Position numbers and translations under genes: made by a program. From the NCBI GenBank assembly GCA_002269645.1, contig NIVC01002312.1, positions 62,001 through 126,000 on the forward strand: a DNA stretch of 64,000 bases. Reading direction: 5' to 3'. The notes under the pieces were generated by a model. That model searched no databases and was not told the DNA's origin. It saw only the letters and a list, made by a program, of their open reading frames with translations. This document shows positions 1 through 11,470 of the stretch, piece by piece (within the stretch, counting starts at the first letter, position 1; every line of letters starts with the position of its first letter). The DNA is from Macrostomum lignano (taxonomy: Eukaryota).

Positions 1-854
1 TCAGAAGTTAGTTTATTGCAAATAGAAAGTACTTTGTTGAATAAGTTGTTTAACATTGATTTGCCAAATTTATATATGTATATATACTATTGACTACTTA
101 TATTAGTATTAGCAATATAATATAGTCTATATATTATGCTATTGTGAATTTTTTATTACTTTTTACTTCTATAGAGTATGAAGTGTGGTAAAATAGTAGG
201 CCTAGCTATTTATATTAGTAATAATATAACAATTAGCATTTATAATTGGGAAATGCAAGTAATAGGCCTAGCTAATGATGAGATAATGACTATGCAGTTT
301 ACTATGACTAGATTAAATTCAAGAGCATTGACATATCAATACACCTTTAATGAATCAAGTACTACAAAAAACAATTAACAATGCTCAATAGTTAGTCAGG
401 TGGTCAACAGTAGTTAGCTAACAAGTGAAATGTCTATACTCAGTGCTGTCAGAAGGCAGAAGACCTGTGGTACCAGTACAACTAGCATGAGCATTTTGAG
501 TGGCATTAATCATCTTACTAAATTTCTATTCTTTCTTATTTTATCTATTCTTAACTAAAGCCAGCGATGTCAAAGGGGGTTTAACAGAGGAACACGTTAA
601 ATACTTCTATATAAAAAACAACATTAAAATGCATTTAAACTACTCACAAGAATTCCTATACTACTCATGCCGTCAACGCTCAGCCGTTTGTTGACGGCCC
701 AGCTTGAAGATTAGGCATTCGCATTTTCGGCAGGCTTGCAGCTGAGGCTGTGCGCGCTGCTGCCGCATCTAATCGGGCTTTGTTTGCTTCCAGGCTCGCT
801 TTCTGTTATTCTTTATCATCGATTCGATTAATTAACACCACTGTCTGCGTTGCT

Positions 855-1040
855 ATGCCGTTGCCAAGCAAAGCGCGCGCCTATCCTGACGCGAATTCGT
901 TGCGCAGCCGCGAATACTGGGACTACGAGGCTCACGTAGTAGAATGGGGCAATCAGGACGATTATCAGGTGGTGCGAAAACTCGGCCGCGGCAAATACTC
1001 CGAAGTGTTTGAAGGTGTTAACGTTACTAATCAGGAGAAA
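855..1040 (+). CDS. CSNK2A1: Casein kinase II subunit alpha, coding exon 1 of 6
   Basis: ATG at 855. Translation [54 protein letters not shown] matches the CK2alpha N-terminus and glycine loop. Donor GTAAGC at 1041. Confidence 0.97.
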
Positions 1041-1520
1041 GTAAGCATTTTGAAGCAATAAATGTGTTGTAAAAGTTTCCACATAGCAACTCGCTAGGTG
1101 ACGAGTCATTTGTGTATCTCACGACAGTCATAGTTACTCTAGCCATTTACTAGATCCATATACTAAAAATAGTTTACTACTAAATAGTTGTATATATACT
1201 CAGCAACATCGAAAAGTCGCCATCACAAAAGATTCTGCAGTCGCCTCTTGAGAGTGCAAGGAAAAGTCAAGGGTAAAATCAAGAGTGCAAGGGTTTGGAC
1301 AGGTCAAAGCTACCCTTTAACCGGATTTGCGGATTACATGCAGATTTGCCTTGCGATAGGGTGCCAGCAACTCCCCTGTGAATATATTTTATTTTTATAT
1401 ATGCAAACATCCTTGATATAGTTGAGGTAGTTGGTCCTCGTGAATTTCTCGACAAGCCTCGAGAGGCTATCATGACGGACCCCAGCTAACCCTAACCATT
1501 GCTTTAATTTGCATCACTAG

Positions 1521-1838
1521 GTTGTCATCAAGGTGCTGAAGCCGGTGAAAAAGAAGAAGATCAAGCGAGAAATAAAGATTCTGGACAATCTAAAAGGCGG
1601 TATTAATATTATTACTATGCAGAGCATAGTGAAGGATCCGGTGTCGAGGACCCCGGCGCTTATCTTCGAATACGTGAACAACACGGACTTCAAGCTGCTG
1701 TACTCTGGCCTATCCGACTATGATATCCGTTATTATATATTCGAACTATTGAAAGCGTTAGATTTCTGTCACAGTATGGGCATTATGCATAGGGATGTTA
1801 AGCCGCATAACGTTATGATTGATCACGAGCATCGGAAG
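1521..1838 (+). CDS. CSNK2A1: Casein kinase II alpha, coding exon 2
   Basis: Acceptor CTAG ending at 1520 with upstream CTAAC branch motifs. Encodes [21 protein letters not shown] and the catalytic loop HRDVKPHN. Donor GTGAGT at 1839. Confidence 0.97.
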
Positions 1839-1943
1839 GTGAGTGTCTGTAATTCTAGTTAGCATTTAGATTAGTTAGTGTATGATTAAACATCTGAAAT
1901 TTAAATAAAATGTGCTTTTAGCGCCAAATTTTAGTATATAGGA

Positions 1944-2572
1944 TTGGATGTAGCGCCAAAGTGGTTGGGTTTAGCCCCAAAGTGGTTGAATTTGGCGCCA
2001 AGGGTTGCATTTAGCTCCAAAGTGGTTGGATGTAGCGCCAAAGTGGTTGGATGTAGCGCCAAAGTGGCTGGGTTTAGCCCCAAAGTGGTTGAATTTGGCG
2101 CCAAGGGTTGCATTTAGCTCCAAAGTGGTTGGATGTAGCGCCAAAGTGGTTGGATGTAGCGCCAAAGTGGCTGGGTTTAGCGCCAATGTGGTTGAATGTA
2201 GCGCCAAAGTGGTTGGGTTTACCAAAGTGTCGGGTTTAACGCCAAAGTGGTTGGGTTTACCGCCAATGTGGTTGGATGTAGCGCCAAAGTGGCTGGGTTT
2301 AGCGCCAATGTGGTTGGATGTAGCGCCAAAGTGGTTGGGTTTACCAAAGTGTCGGTTTTAACGCCAAAGTGGTTGCATTTAGCACCAAGGGTTGCATTTA
2401 GTGCCAAAGTGTCTGGGTGCATTTAGAGCCAAGGTGGTTGAATTTAGCGCCAAAGTGGTTGAATTTGGCGCCAAGGGTTTCATGATTTAGCGCCAAAGGT
2501 TGCATTTAGCGCCTATGTAGTTGGGTTTAGCGCCAAAGCGGTTGGGTTTAGCGCCAAAGCGGTTGCTTTTTA
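1944..2572. repeat. 21-bp minisatellite (TGGATGTAGCGCCAAAGTGGT) in CK2alpha intron 2
   Basis: Degenerate tandem units visible directly in the sequence. Confidence 0.93.
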
Positions 2573-2699
2573 GCAAAATCATAGAAACTCACTACGGCTA
2601 ATCAAATCGAAAATTTGCGTTTCCATAGCAGAAACCCAGTTTTAGAACTCGGTGCCCAACCAGCCCCATCTAATCTCAACTCGCATCTACCTGACACAG

Positions 2700-2810
2700 C
2701 TGCGCCTGATAGACTGGGGCCTGGCCGAGTTCTACCATCCCGGCCAAGAGTACAACGTGCGCGTGGCGTCTCGCTACTTCAAAGGACCAGAATTGCTGCT
2801 GGACTATCAA
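2700..2810 (+). CDS. CSNK2A1: Casein kinase II alpha, coding exon 3
   Basis: Acceptor CAG ending at 2699. Encodes [37 protein letters not shown], including the CK2-specific DWG motif. Donor GTGAGT at 2811. Confidence 0.97.
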
Positions 2811-2897
2811 GTGAGTTAGTCGGCATTTGAAATGGCAGTCTTTGTGCATTCTAAGCAAGTTTTAATTGCAATTCTGGCGACCTGGCGACCTCCCCAG

Positions 2898-3249
2898 ATG
2901 TACGACTACTCCTTGGACATGTGGAGCCTCGGCTGCATGTTCGCCTCGATGATCTTCAAGAAGGAGCCGTTCTTTCACGGTCACGACAACTACGACCAGC
3001 TGGTGCGCATCGCCAAGGTGCTGGGCACCGACGAGCTGTACGCCTACATCAGCAAGTACCAGATTGACTTGGACCGGAGGTTCAACGAGATCTTAGCCAG
3101 GCACAGTCGCAAGCGTTGGGAGCGATTTGTGCACAGCGAGAATCAGCATTTAGTGAGCGCCGAAGCTCTGGACTTTCTTGATCGGCTGCTCCGCTACGAT
3201 CACAATGACCGGCTCACCGCTAGGGAAGCTATGGAGCATCCGTACTTTA
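2898..3249 (+). CDS. CSNK2A1: Casein kinase II alpha, coding exon 4
   Basis: Acceptor CCCCAG ending at 2897. Encodes [43 protein letters not shown]...MEHPYF. Phase-1 donor GTGAGT at 3250. Confidence 0.96.
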
Positions 3250-3309
3250 GTGAGTCCGCTTTAAGAGGCTGCGAGTCCGCACCTTAAGATCCCGAAATCC
3301 CCAGAACCC

Positions 3310-4005
3310 CTACTTTGATCCCCAAGTGAAGAATCCCCATTCTGATCCCATATCGAAGAATCCCCATTCTGATCCCCGAGTGAAGAATCCCCATTCTGAT
3401 CCCATATTGAAGAATCCCCATTCTGATCCCATATTGAAGAATCCCCCATTCTGATCCCATATCGAAGAATCCCCATTCTGATCCCATATCGAAGAATCCC
3501 CATTCTGATCCCATATCGAAGAATCCCCATTCTGATCCCATATCGAAGAATCCCCCATTCTGATCCCATATTGAAAAATCTCCATTCTGATCCCATATCG
3601 AAGAATCCCCATTCTGATCCCATATCGAAGAATCCCCATTCTGATCCCATATCGAAGAATCCCCATTCTGATCCCATATCAAAGAATCCCCATTCTGATC
3701 CCATATCGAAGAATCCCCATTCTGATCCCATATCGAAGAATCCCCATTCTGATCCCATATCGAAGAATCCCCATTCTGATCCCATATCGAAGAATCCCCA
3801 TTCTGATCCCATATCGAAGAATCCCCATTCTGATCCCATATCGAAGAATCCCCATTCTGATCCCATATCGAAGAATCCCCATTCTGATCCCATATCGAAG
3901 AATCCCCATTCTGATCCCATATCGAAGAATCCCCATTCTGATCCCATATCGAAGAATCCCCATTCTGATCCCATATCGAAGAATCATATCCCCCATTCTG
4001 ATATT
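3310..4005. repeat. 27-bp minisatellite (GAAGAATCCCCATTCTGATCCCATATC) in CK2alpha intron 4
   Basis: Near-perfect tandem copies. The 9-aa periodicity (KNPHSDPIS) in the ORF track corresponds to 27 bp. Confidence 0.95.
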
Positions 4006-4054
4006 CTGGAACATTCGCAACGGAACACTCAACGCCACCGACTCCCTATCGCAG

Positions 4055-4132
4055 CGCCCATCGTCCGCGACCAGGGCGGAATTCAGCAGGCTGCCGCCAG
4101 TCCAAAGTCGCCGTTCAATCCCACTGCAGCCG
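4055..4132 (+). CDS. CSNK2A1: Casein kinase II alpha, coding exon 5
   Basis: Acceptor GCAG ending at 4054. Phase-compatible continuation (T)PIVRDQGGIQQAAASPKSPFNPTAA resembles the YF-x-x-V-x-DQ stretch after the CK2 kinase domain. Donor GTGAGT at 4133. Confidence 0.85.
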
Positions 4133-4257
4133 GTGAGTGGCGCAGTCCGCTGATTTCTTTATTTTACAGGATTCCTGCTTGCCTACTACTAGTAGCTGCA
4201 TAAGTCTTAAAAGAGAAGCGGTTTTTAATATGAACATTTATATAAATGATCGAAAGC

Positions 4258-4998
4258 CCCAGATCCTCAGATAAAGAAGCCACCCTCCCAGTCCCAGGTC
4301 TTCAGTGGCTGCGCCAGCTTCCCAGATCCTCAGTTGCTGATTCAGCCTTCCAGATCCTCAGTTGCTGGGCCAGCCTCCCAGATCCTCAGTTGCTGGGCCA
4401 GCCTTCCAGATCCTCAGTTGCTGGGCCAGCCTTCCAGATCCTCAGTTGCTGGGCCAGCCTTCCAGATCCTCAGTTGCTGGGCCAGCCTCCCAGATCCTCA
4501 GTTGCTGATTCAGCCTTCCAGATCCTCAGTTGCTGATTCAGCCTTCCAGATCCTCAGTTGCTGGACCAGCCTCCCAGATCCTCAGTTGCTGATTCAGCCT
4601 TCCAGATCCTCAGTTGCTGGACCAGCCTCCCAGATCCTCAGTTGCTGATTCAGCCTTCCATATCCTCAGTTGCTGGGCCAGCCTCCCAGATCCTCAGTTG
4701 CTGATTCAGCCTTCCAGATCCTCAGTTGCTGATTCAGCCTTCCAGATCCTCAGTTGCTGGGCCAGCCTCCCAGATTCTCAGTTGCTGGGCCAGCCTCCCA
4801 GATTCTCAGTTGCTGGGCCAGCCTCCCAGATTCTCAGTTGCTGGGCCAGCCTCCCAGATCCTCAGTTGCTGGGCCAGCCTCCCAGATTCTCAGTTGCTGG
4901 GCCAGCCTCCCAGATTCTCAGTTGCTGGGCCAGCCTCCCAGATCCCCAGTTGCTGGGCCAGCATCCCAGATCCTCAGTTACTGGGCCAGCCTCCCAGT
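4258..4998. repeat. 28-bp minisatellite (CAGATCCTCAGTTGCTGGGCCAGCCTCC) in CK2alpha intron 5
   Basis: Tandem copies with GGGC/ATT variants visible directly. Confidence 0.95.
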
Positions 4999-5099
4999 CC
5001 TCAGAGAATTTCTACCAGCCTGATGACTGCTACACTATGTACTATCTGATCTATCCTTAGTATAACTTGTGAAGCCATGCACTTTTTCCATTCAAGCAG

Positions 5100-5134
5100 G
5101 CGGCAACGGCTCCCTGGGGTCTCACCAGAGTTAG
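5100..5134 (+). CDS. CSNK2A1: Casein kinase II alpha, probable terminal coding exon 6
   Basis: Pyrimidine-rich acceptor (ACTTTTTCCATTCAAGCAG) ending at 5099. Phase-compatible (G)GNGSLGSHQS-stop, giving 359 aa in total. AATAAA at 5162. This tail is not conserved, so the call rests on splice signals and frame. Confidence 0.65.
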
Positions 5135-5580
5135 CGAGTGCGCGGACCAAGCAGCGGCAGCAATAAAAAAGACCCAATCAGTGACCTTAGTAGAGAATGC
5201 GGTGTGGTGTACAGCTGGAAAATTTTCCTTTGTTACATTTTTTCTTGTCTCGGAGTAGAACCTGCATTACTGCGTTATTTCTAAAGTCAACTTGTACGAA
5301 TTACTATTGATGAAAACATTGTACACGCTGTGCTACTCTAAATTGAAATTCATATTCAGTTTACACTAGAAACACTGAACAGTTGCTCCATAATTAATTT
5401 ATGATTAACTACTTGTCAGTTGTCACTTTGCTGTTTGTGTTTTTTAACGAAGTTATTTAATCAAAATAACAGATTTAATTTGTTTGTTTCACTTTACTTT
5501 CCTTCTACAGTCGTGTTATAATGATAATTGATGTTTATTATTATTATTATCATTATTATTATTATTATTCAATAGCAGCA

Positions 5581-5653
5581 GTCGCTGGAATCGAACCTGG
5601 GACTTCAGTTTGCATTGCCTCAGACCTTAGAGGCTAAAATATACTACTGCGAC
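5581..5653 (-). other. Degenerate tRNA-like or SINE-like 73-nt element with a Pol III B-box
   Basis: The minus strand reads GTCGC...AAGTCCCAGGTTCGATTCCAGCGAC: a B-box GGTTCGATTCC, complementary ends GTCGC/GCGAC, and an (AAT)n tract just 3' of it. There is no good A-box and the T-stem is imperfect. Confidence 0.4.
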
Positions 5654-5815
5654 ATAAATAATTGCGCGTTTTAATCTTTTTAAAAACACGTTTTATTATG
5701 GCGAATTGTGCATGAGTGGGCGGCCTGAATTGTTTTAGTTCGTTTATTGCAGTTTTTTAGCCTGTAGAAACTAGACATCTACACCCTCAGAAAGACGAGT
5801 AGATGCTGTCCTCCT

Positions 5816-6300
5816 AAATCTTCAGTTTCTGAGCTACTGCCAGCCTCCCAGATCCTCAGGTTCTGAGCTACTGCCAGCCTCCCGATCCTCAGTTTCTGAG
5901 CTACTGCCAGCCTCCCAGATCCTCAGTTTCTGAGCTACCACGGGCCTCCCAGATCCTCAGTTTCTGAGCTACCACGGGCCTCCCAGATCCTCAGTTTCTG
6001 AGCTACCACGGGCCTCCCAGATCCTCAGGTTCTGAGCTACCACGGGCCTCCCAGATCCTCAGTTTCTGAGCTACCACGGGCCTCCCAGATCCTCAGGTTC
6101 TGAGCTACCACGGGCCTCCCAGATCCTCAGGTTCTGAGCTACTGCCAGCCTCCCAGAGCCCCAGTTGCTGGGATGCCAGCCTCCCAGATCCCCAGTTGCT
6201 GGGCTGCCAGTCTCCCAGAGCCCCAGTTGCTGGGCTGCCAGCCTCCCAGAGCCCCAGTTGCTGGGCTGCCAGCCTCCCAGAGCCCCAGTTGCTGGGCTGC
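5816..6300. repeat. 34-bp then 31-bp minisatellite upstream of USB1, related to the 28-bp CK2 intron 5 repeat
   Basis: Units CAGATCCTCAGTTTCTGAGCTACCACGGGCCTCC (34 bp) and CAGAGCCCCAGTTGCTGGGCTGCCAGCCTCC (31 bp). Confidence 0.92.
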
Positions 6301-6432
6301 CATTATATTTCGCCCGCCAACCCTGTCCGATTGATGGCCAGCCCCAGGACTGACGCATTTTCCCAGCCACAGCGGCTGCTGTAGCCAATCCGGCACTCCA
6401 AAATCATCAGCCTCCCCCTCCCCCCGCGCCGG

Positions 6433-7143
6433 ATGTCCTCTTCGTCTTCTTCCGGCCGCCTTCCCGTGCCACAGGACCTGCTGGCGATGCCTGGCGGCGT
6501 CGGAGGCGCCTCGGCGGCAGCGGACGATCCCTTGGCGCATCAGGGCCGGACGCGCAGTTTCCCGGCCGAGCGCGGCCAGTGGGCAACCAGCGTGCACTGT
6601 CCGGCTGGCGAGCTGCTAGACGAACTCGGCGAACACCGCGTCGAGTCCTGGCGCTCCGCCCTGTCCGCCGCATGTCACGGAGCCGAGGTGCACCCGGTGG
6701 ACTCGCCGCATTTGTCTCTCTCCCGCACCGTGATCCTCCGACACCACCAGATTGCCGCCTACACCGATGCACTCCGCTCTAAGCTGGCCGACTCAGCCTG
6801 CTGTCCGGTAGTAGCCGACAAGCTCATCGCGCTGCCCAATGACGACTGTACAAGGACATTTTTTGCTCTGCGCCTGGCCGAGCACAGCGCGCCAGCTTGC
6901 GAACAGCTGGTGGCTCGGGTGGACTCGGCCATGTCGCTGTTTGGCCTGCCTGTTTACTACGACCAGCCGCAGTTGCACGTGTCACTGCTGTGGACTCTGG
7001 GCGATCGCAGTCAGGACCGGCCGGTTCAACGACTGCTAGATGACATCAGCGGAGACATGGCCTCGTCTGGCGGCGTCGGCTTCTTGGCGGATCAGGTTGT
7101 CTGCCGGTCTGGTAACAAGGAGTTCATGTTCAGCCTGTCCTGA
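6433..7143 (+). CDS. USB1: U6 snRNA phosphodiesterase USB1 (2H family), 236 aa, apparently intronless
   Basis: Family motifs RLPVP..LLAM, HQGRTRSFPAERGQWATSVH, first catalytic H-x-S (PHLSLSRT), NDDCTRTFFAL, FGLPVYY and second H-x-S (LHVSLLW). The true start could lie in an unseen upstream exon. Confidence 0.93.
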   Translation: MSSSSSSGRLPVPQDLLAMPGGVGGASAAADDPLAHQGRTRSFPAERGQWATSVHCPAGELLDELGEHRVESWRSALSAACHGAEVHPVDSPHLSLSRTVILRHHQIAAYTDALRSKLADSACCPVVADKLIALPNDDCTRTFFALRLAEHSAPACEQLVARVDSAMSLFGLPVYYDQPQLHVSLLWTLGDRSQDRPVQRLLDDISGDMASSGGVGFLADQVVCRSGNKEFMFSLS

Positions 7144-7319
7144 TCGCCTGATGTCGATTGGCTACTGTCAACAGTACTACTAAGATTCCGCTTTGCTTTG
7201 TATTGGCTCTCTGCTTGCCAAGGAACTGTTTGTTAATTATAAATTCACTTCCAATTCAATTGAAAATTTATGGAAGCTTAAGCTCGCTTCTAGCTTTAAT
7301 TTGATGATTTATTGATGGT

Positions 7320-8408
7320 TGATCCCTGTGGCATCCCCGGTTGATGATCCCTGTAGCATCCCCGATTGATGCTCCCTGTGGGATCCCCTGTCGATGCTCC
7401 CTGTGCCACCCCGGTTGATGCTCCCTGTGCCACCCCGGTTGATGCTCCCTGTGGCATCCCCGGTTGATAATTAGTGTAGCATCCCCGGTTGATAATTAGT
7501 GTAGCATCCCCGGTTGATAATTAGTGTGGCATCCCCGGTTGATGATCCCTGTAGCATCCCCGATTGATGCTCCCTGTGGGATCCCCTGTCGATGCTCCCT
7601 GTGCCACCCCGGTTGATGCTCCCTGTGCCACCCCGGTTGATGCTCCCTGTGGCATCCCCGGTTGATGCTCCCTGTGGCATCCCCGGTTGATAATTAGTGT
7701 AGCATCCCCGGTTGATAATTAGTGTGGCATCCCCGGTTGATAATTAGTGTGGCATCCCCGGTTGATAATTAGTGTGGCATCCCCGGTTGATAATTAGTGT
7801 GGCATCCCCGGTTGATAATTAGTGTGGCATCCCCTTTTGTTGATGCTTCCTGTGGCATTCCCGATTGATGATCCCTGTGCCACCCCGGTTGATGCTCCCT
7901 GTGGCATCCCCGGTTGATGCTTCCTGTGGCATCCCCGGTTGATAATTAGTGTGGCATCCCCTTTTGTTGATGCTTCCTGTGGCATTCCCGATTGATGATC
8001 CCTGTGCCACCCCGGTTGATGCTCCCTGTGGCATTCCCGATTGATGATCCCTGTGCCACCCCGGTTGATGATCCCTGTGCCACCCCGGTTGATGATCCCT
8101 GTGCCACCCCGGTTGATGCTCCCTGTAGCATCCCCGGTTGATGCTCTCTGTGGCATCCCCGGTTGATGATTAGTGTAGCATCCCCTTTTGTTGATGCTCC
8201 CTGTGCTACCCCGGTTGATGATCCCTGTGCCACCCCGGTTGATGCTTCCTGTATCATTCCCGGTTGATGATTAGTGTGGCATCCCCTTTTGTTGATGTTC
8301 CCTGTGGCATTCCCGATTGATGCTCCCTGTGGTACCCCGGTTGATGATCCCTGTGGCATCCCCGGTTGATGCTTCCTGTATCATTCCTGGTTGATGATTA
8401 GTGTGGCA
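7320..8408. repeat. 24-27-bp minisatellite (CCCCGGTTGATGCTCCCTGTGGCAT family)
   Basis: Tandem variant units visible directly. Confidence 0.93.
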
Positions 8409-9129
8409 GTTGATTTTCAGCTTCGCTTCTTCCTAAGTAGTATCTTAAAGTAGTATCTGATATCTGCGGCTTGTCTTGTAACAGTCCTGTTTATTTATAG
8501 GCACAACTTTCGCTAGTTCACGCGAGTCGTGTACAGTTGCTGCCCATTAACATTCTCTCTGCTCCAGCAAGTCTTCTATTAATAGCATTTCGTATTGCAA
8601 TAGTTAATTTGCTCCAGATTACTGAGTATCACTACCGTTGCGTCGCGCTGTGGGTAGCATCTTATATTTTACTGTATATCTATCTCTATTACGTATGTAA
8701 AGCAATGCGAATTAGTGACTAACCTGTCAAAACACAGTCGGGAGTTTTTTTTGAAAGTATAGCCTAGGTCAACTTGATTATAGTTATAGTTATTCGTTTG
8801 TAATAAAGCCGAATTGCTTAAACCCGATAAGTATAATTGTCGCATTAATAAATAAATTAAATTTGGTGGCAGATATTATTATTATTATTATTTTAAGGCC
8901 TTTCTTCGAATTGCCTGCGTCTCTAAACTGAGTCTATTGTCCAGCCTAGATCTTGGATAAAAAATTATCAAGATTTTTCATTTGTCTTATTGTTCATTTT
9001 TTGTCTGTAAAGGTTTCATACTTTTGAAAACCTAGTATTACTACTTATAGCATAGTAGCGAAGTAGCGAGTCGATATTTATATGTCCTTTTTATTTATAT
9101 GATTAGTACCCACAATCATTTGGAATCAT

Positions 9130-10378
9130 TCTCCAATCATTCTAGAATGGCCCTCCTATCATTCTAGAATCTCCCTCCTATCATTCTAGAATCGCCCTCC
9201 TATCATTCTAGAATCGCCATCCTATCATTCTAGAATCGCCCTCCTATCATTCTAGAATCACCGTCCTATCATTCTAGAATGGCCCTCCTATCATTCTAGA
9301 ATCTCCCTCCTATCATTCTAGAATCGCCCTCCTATCATTCTAGAATCGCCATCCTATCATTCTAGAATCGCCCTCCTATCATTCTAGAATCACCGTCCTA
9401 TCATTCTAGAATCACCGTCCTATCATTCTAGAATCACCCTCCTATCATTCTAGAATCACCGTCCTATCATTCTAGAATCGCCCTCCTATCATTCTAGAAT
9501 CACCGTCCTATCATTCTAGAATCACGTCCTATCATTCTAGAATCACCGTCCTATCATTCTAGAATCACCGTCCTATCATTCTAGAATCACCCTCCTATCA
9601 TTCTAGAATCACCGTCCTATCATTCTAGAATCACCCTCCTATCATTCTAGAATCGCCATCCTATCATTCTAGAATCGCCCTCCTATCAGTCTAGAATCAC
9701 CGTCCTATCATTCTAGAATCACCCTCCTATCATTCTAGAATCGCCCTCCTATCATTCTAGAATCACCGTCCTATCATTCTAGAATCACCGTCCTATCATT
9801 CTAGAATCACCGTCCTATCATTCTAGAATCACCCTCCTATCATTCTAGAATCTCCCTCCTATCATTCTAGAATCGCCATCCTATCAGTCTAGAATCTCCC
9901 TCCTATCATTCTAGAATCACCGTCCTATCATTCTAGAATCTCCCTCCTATCATTCTAGAATCACCCTCCTATCATTCTAGAATCTCCCTCCTATCATTCT
10001 AGAATCGCCCTCCTATCATTCTAGAATCGCCATCCTATCATTCTAGAATCGCCCTCCTATCATTCTAGAATCACCGTCCTATCATTCTAGAATCACCGTC
10101 CTATCATTCTAGAATCACCCTCCTATCATTCTAGAATCGCCATCCTATCATTCTAGAATCGCCCTCCTATCAGTCTAGAATCTCCCTCCTATCATTCTAG
10201 AATCACCGTCCTATCATTCTAGAATCTCCCTCCTATCATTCTAGAATCACCCTCCTATCATTCTAGAATCACCCTCCTATCATTCTAGAATCACCGTCCT
10301 ATCATTCTAGAATCACCCTCCTATCATTCTAGAATCACCCTGCTATCATTCTAGAATCGCCCTCCTATCATTCTAGAA
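9130..10378. repeat. 22-bp minisatellite (CTATCATTCTAGAATCACCCTC) with an internal 10-bp palindrome ATTCTAGAAT
   Basis: About 55 tandem units, with variation almost confined to the 5 nt after GAAT. Confidence 0.96.
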
Positions 10379-10754
10379 TGTCCCCCAACCATTTTAGTCT
10401 GTCACTTGTACATGTAGATAGTACAGTGCGCACATTTACAAGGGGCAACGAGCTAAGCGATAGAAAAGTCGCTGCAGCCCCATGCTGCCTCAAATATAGA
10501 AGCATCTTACAATGCATACACCGAATCGTTGCGAGCGTCAGCTTCCTTCGGGTGCCACAATAATAAGTGCTAGACATTTGCTCGTAGCCCCTGTCTGAAC
10601 TTGAAGTGGTGTTAGCAATTTAGAAAAATAGCTCCTGCATCTGTTAAATCAATTGCTTTTTATTTATAAGCTTTATCTCTGGGTTTTACATGTATACGTA
10701 CCTATTGTTATTAGCATCTAATTTGATTCGCTTAAATTACTATTTTAAAGTTCT

Positions 10755-11470
10755 CATGAGAATTCCCCTCTCGCTCTCCCCATTCTACATGAAAATTCCC
10801 CTCTCGCCCTCCTTAGTCCTCATGAGAAGTCTCCTCTCGCTCTCCCTAATCCACATGAGAAATCCCCTCTTGCTCTCTCCAGTCCTCATGAGAATTCCTC
10901 CCTCTCTCTCCAGTCCTCATGAGAATTCCCCTCTCGCTCTCTCCAGTCCTCATGAGAATTCTCCTCTCGCTCGCCCTAATCCGCATGAGAATTCCCCTCT
11001 CGCTCTCTCCAGTCCTCATGAGAATTCTCCTCTCGCTCGCCCTAATCCGCATGAGAATTCCCCTCTCGCTCTCTCCAGTCCTCATGAGAATTCTCCTCTC
11101 GCTCGCCCTAATCCGCATGAGAATTCCCCTCTCGCTCTCTCCAGTCCTCATGAGAATTCTCCTCTCGCTCGCCCTAATCCGCATGAGAATTCCCCTCTTG
11201 CTCTCCCAAATCCACATGAAAATTCCCCTCGCGCTCTCCCCAATACACATGAGAATTCCCCTCTCGCTCTCCCCAATCCACATGAGAATTCCCCTCTCAC
11301 TCTCCCCATCTTTCATGAGAATTCCCCTCTCGCTCTCCCCAATCCACATGAGAATTCCCCTCTCGCTCTCCCCAGTCCTCATGAAAATTCCCCTCGCGCT
11401 CTCCCCAATACACATGAGAATTCCCCTCTCGCTCTCCCCAGTCCTCATGAGAATTCCCCTCTCCCCGGTC
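10755..11470. repeat. 33-bp minisatellite (CATGAGAATTCCCCTCTCGCTCTCTCCAGTCCT) with alternating 66-bp dimers
   Basis: The 11-aa periodicity PHENSPLALSS/PHENSPLARPN in the ORF track corresponds to 33 bp. Confidence 0.93.

Noticed and set aside
750-854. N-terminal extension of CK2alpha from the GTG at 750
   Set aside because: Homology starts at the ATG at 855, and a splice acceptor at 793 suggests this is UTR, intron or outron.
3261-5060. Repeat-peptide ORFs (KNPHSDPIS, SSVAGPASQ and others)
   Set aside because: They are translations of intronic minisatellites that are open in several frames.
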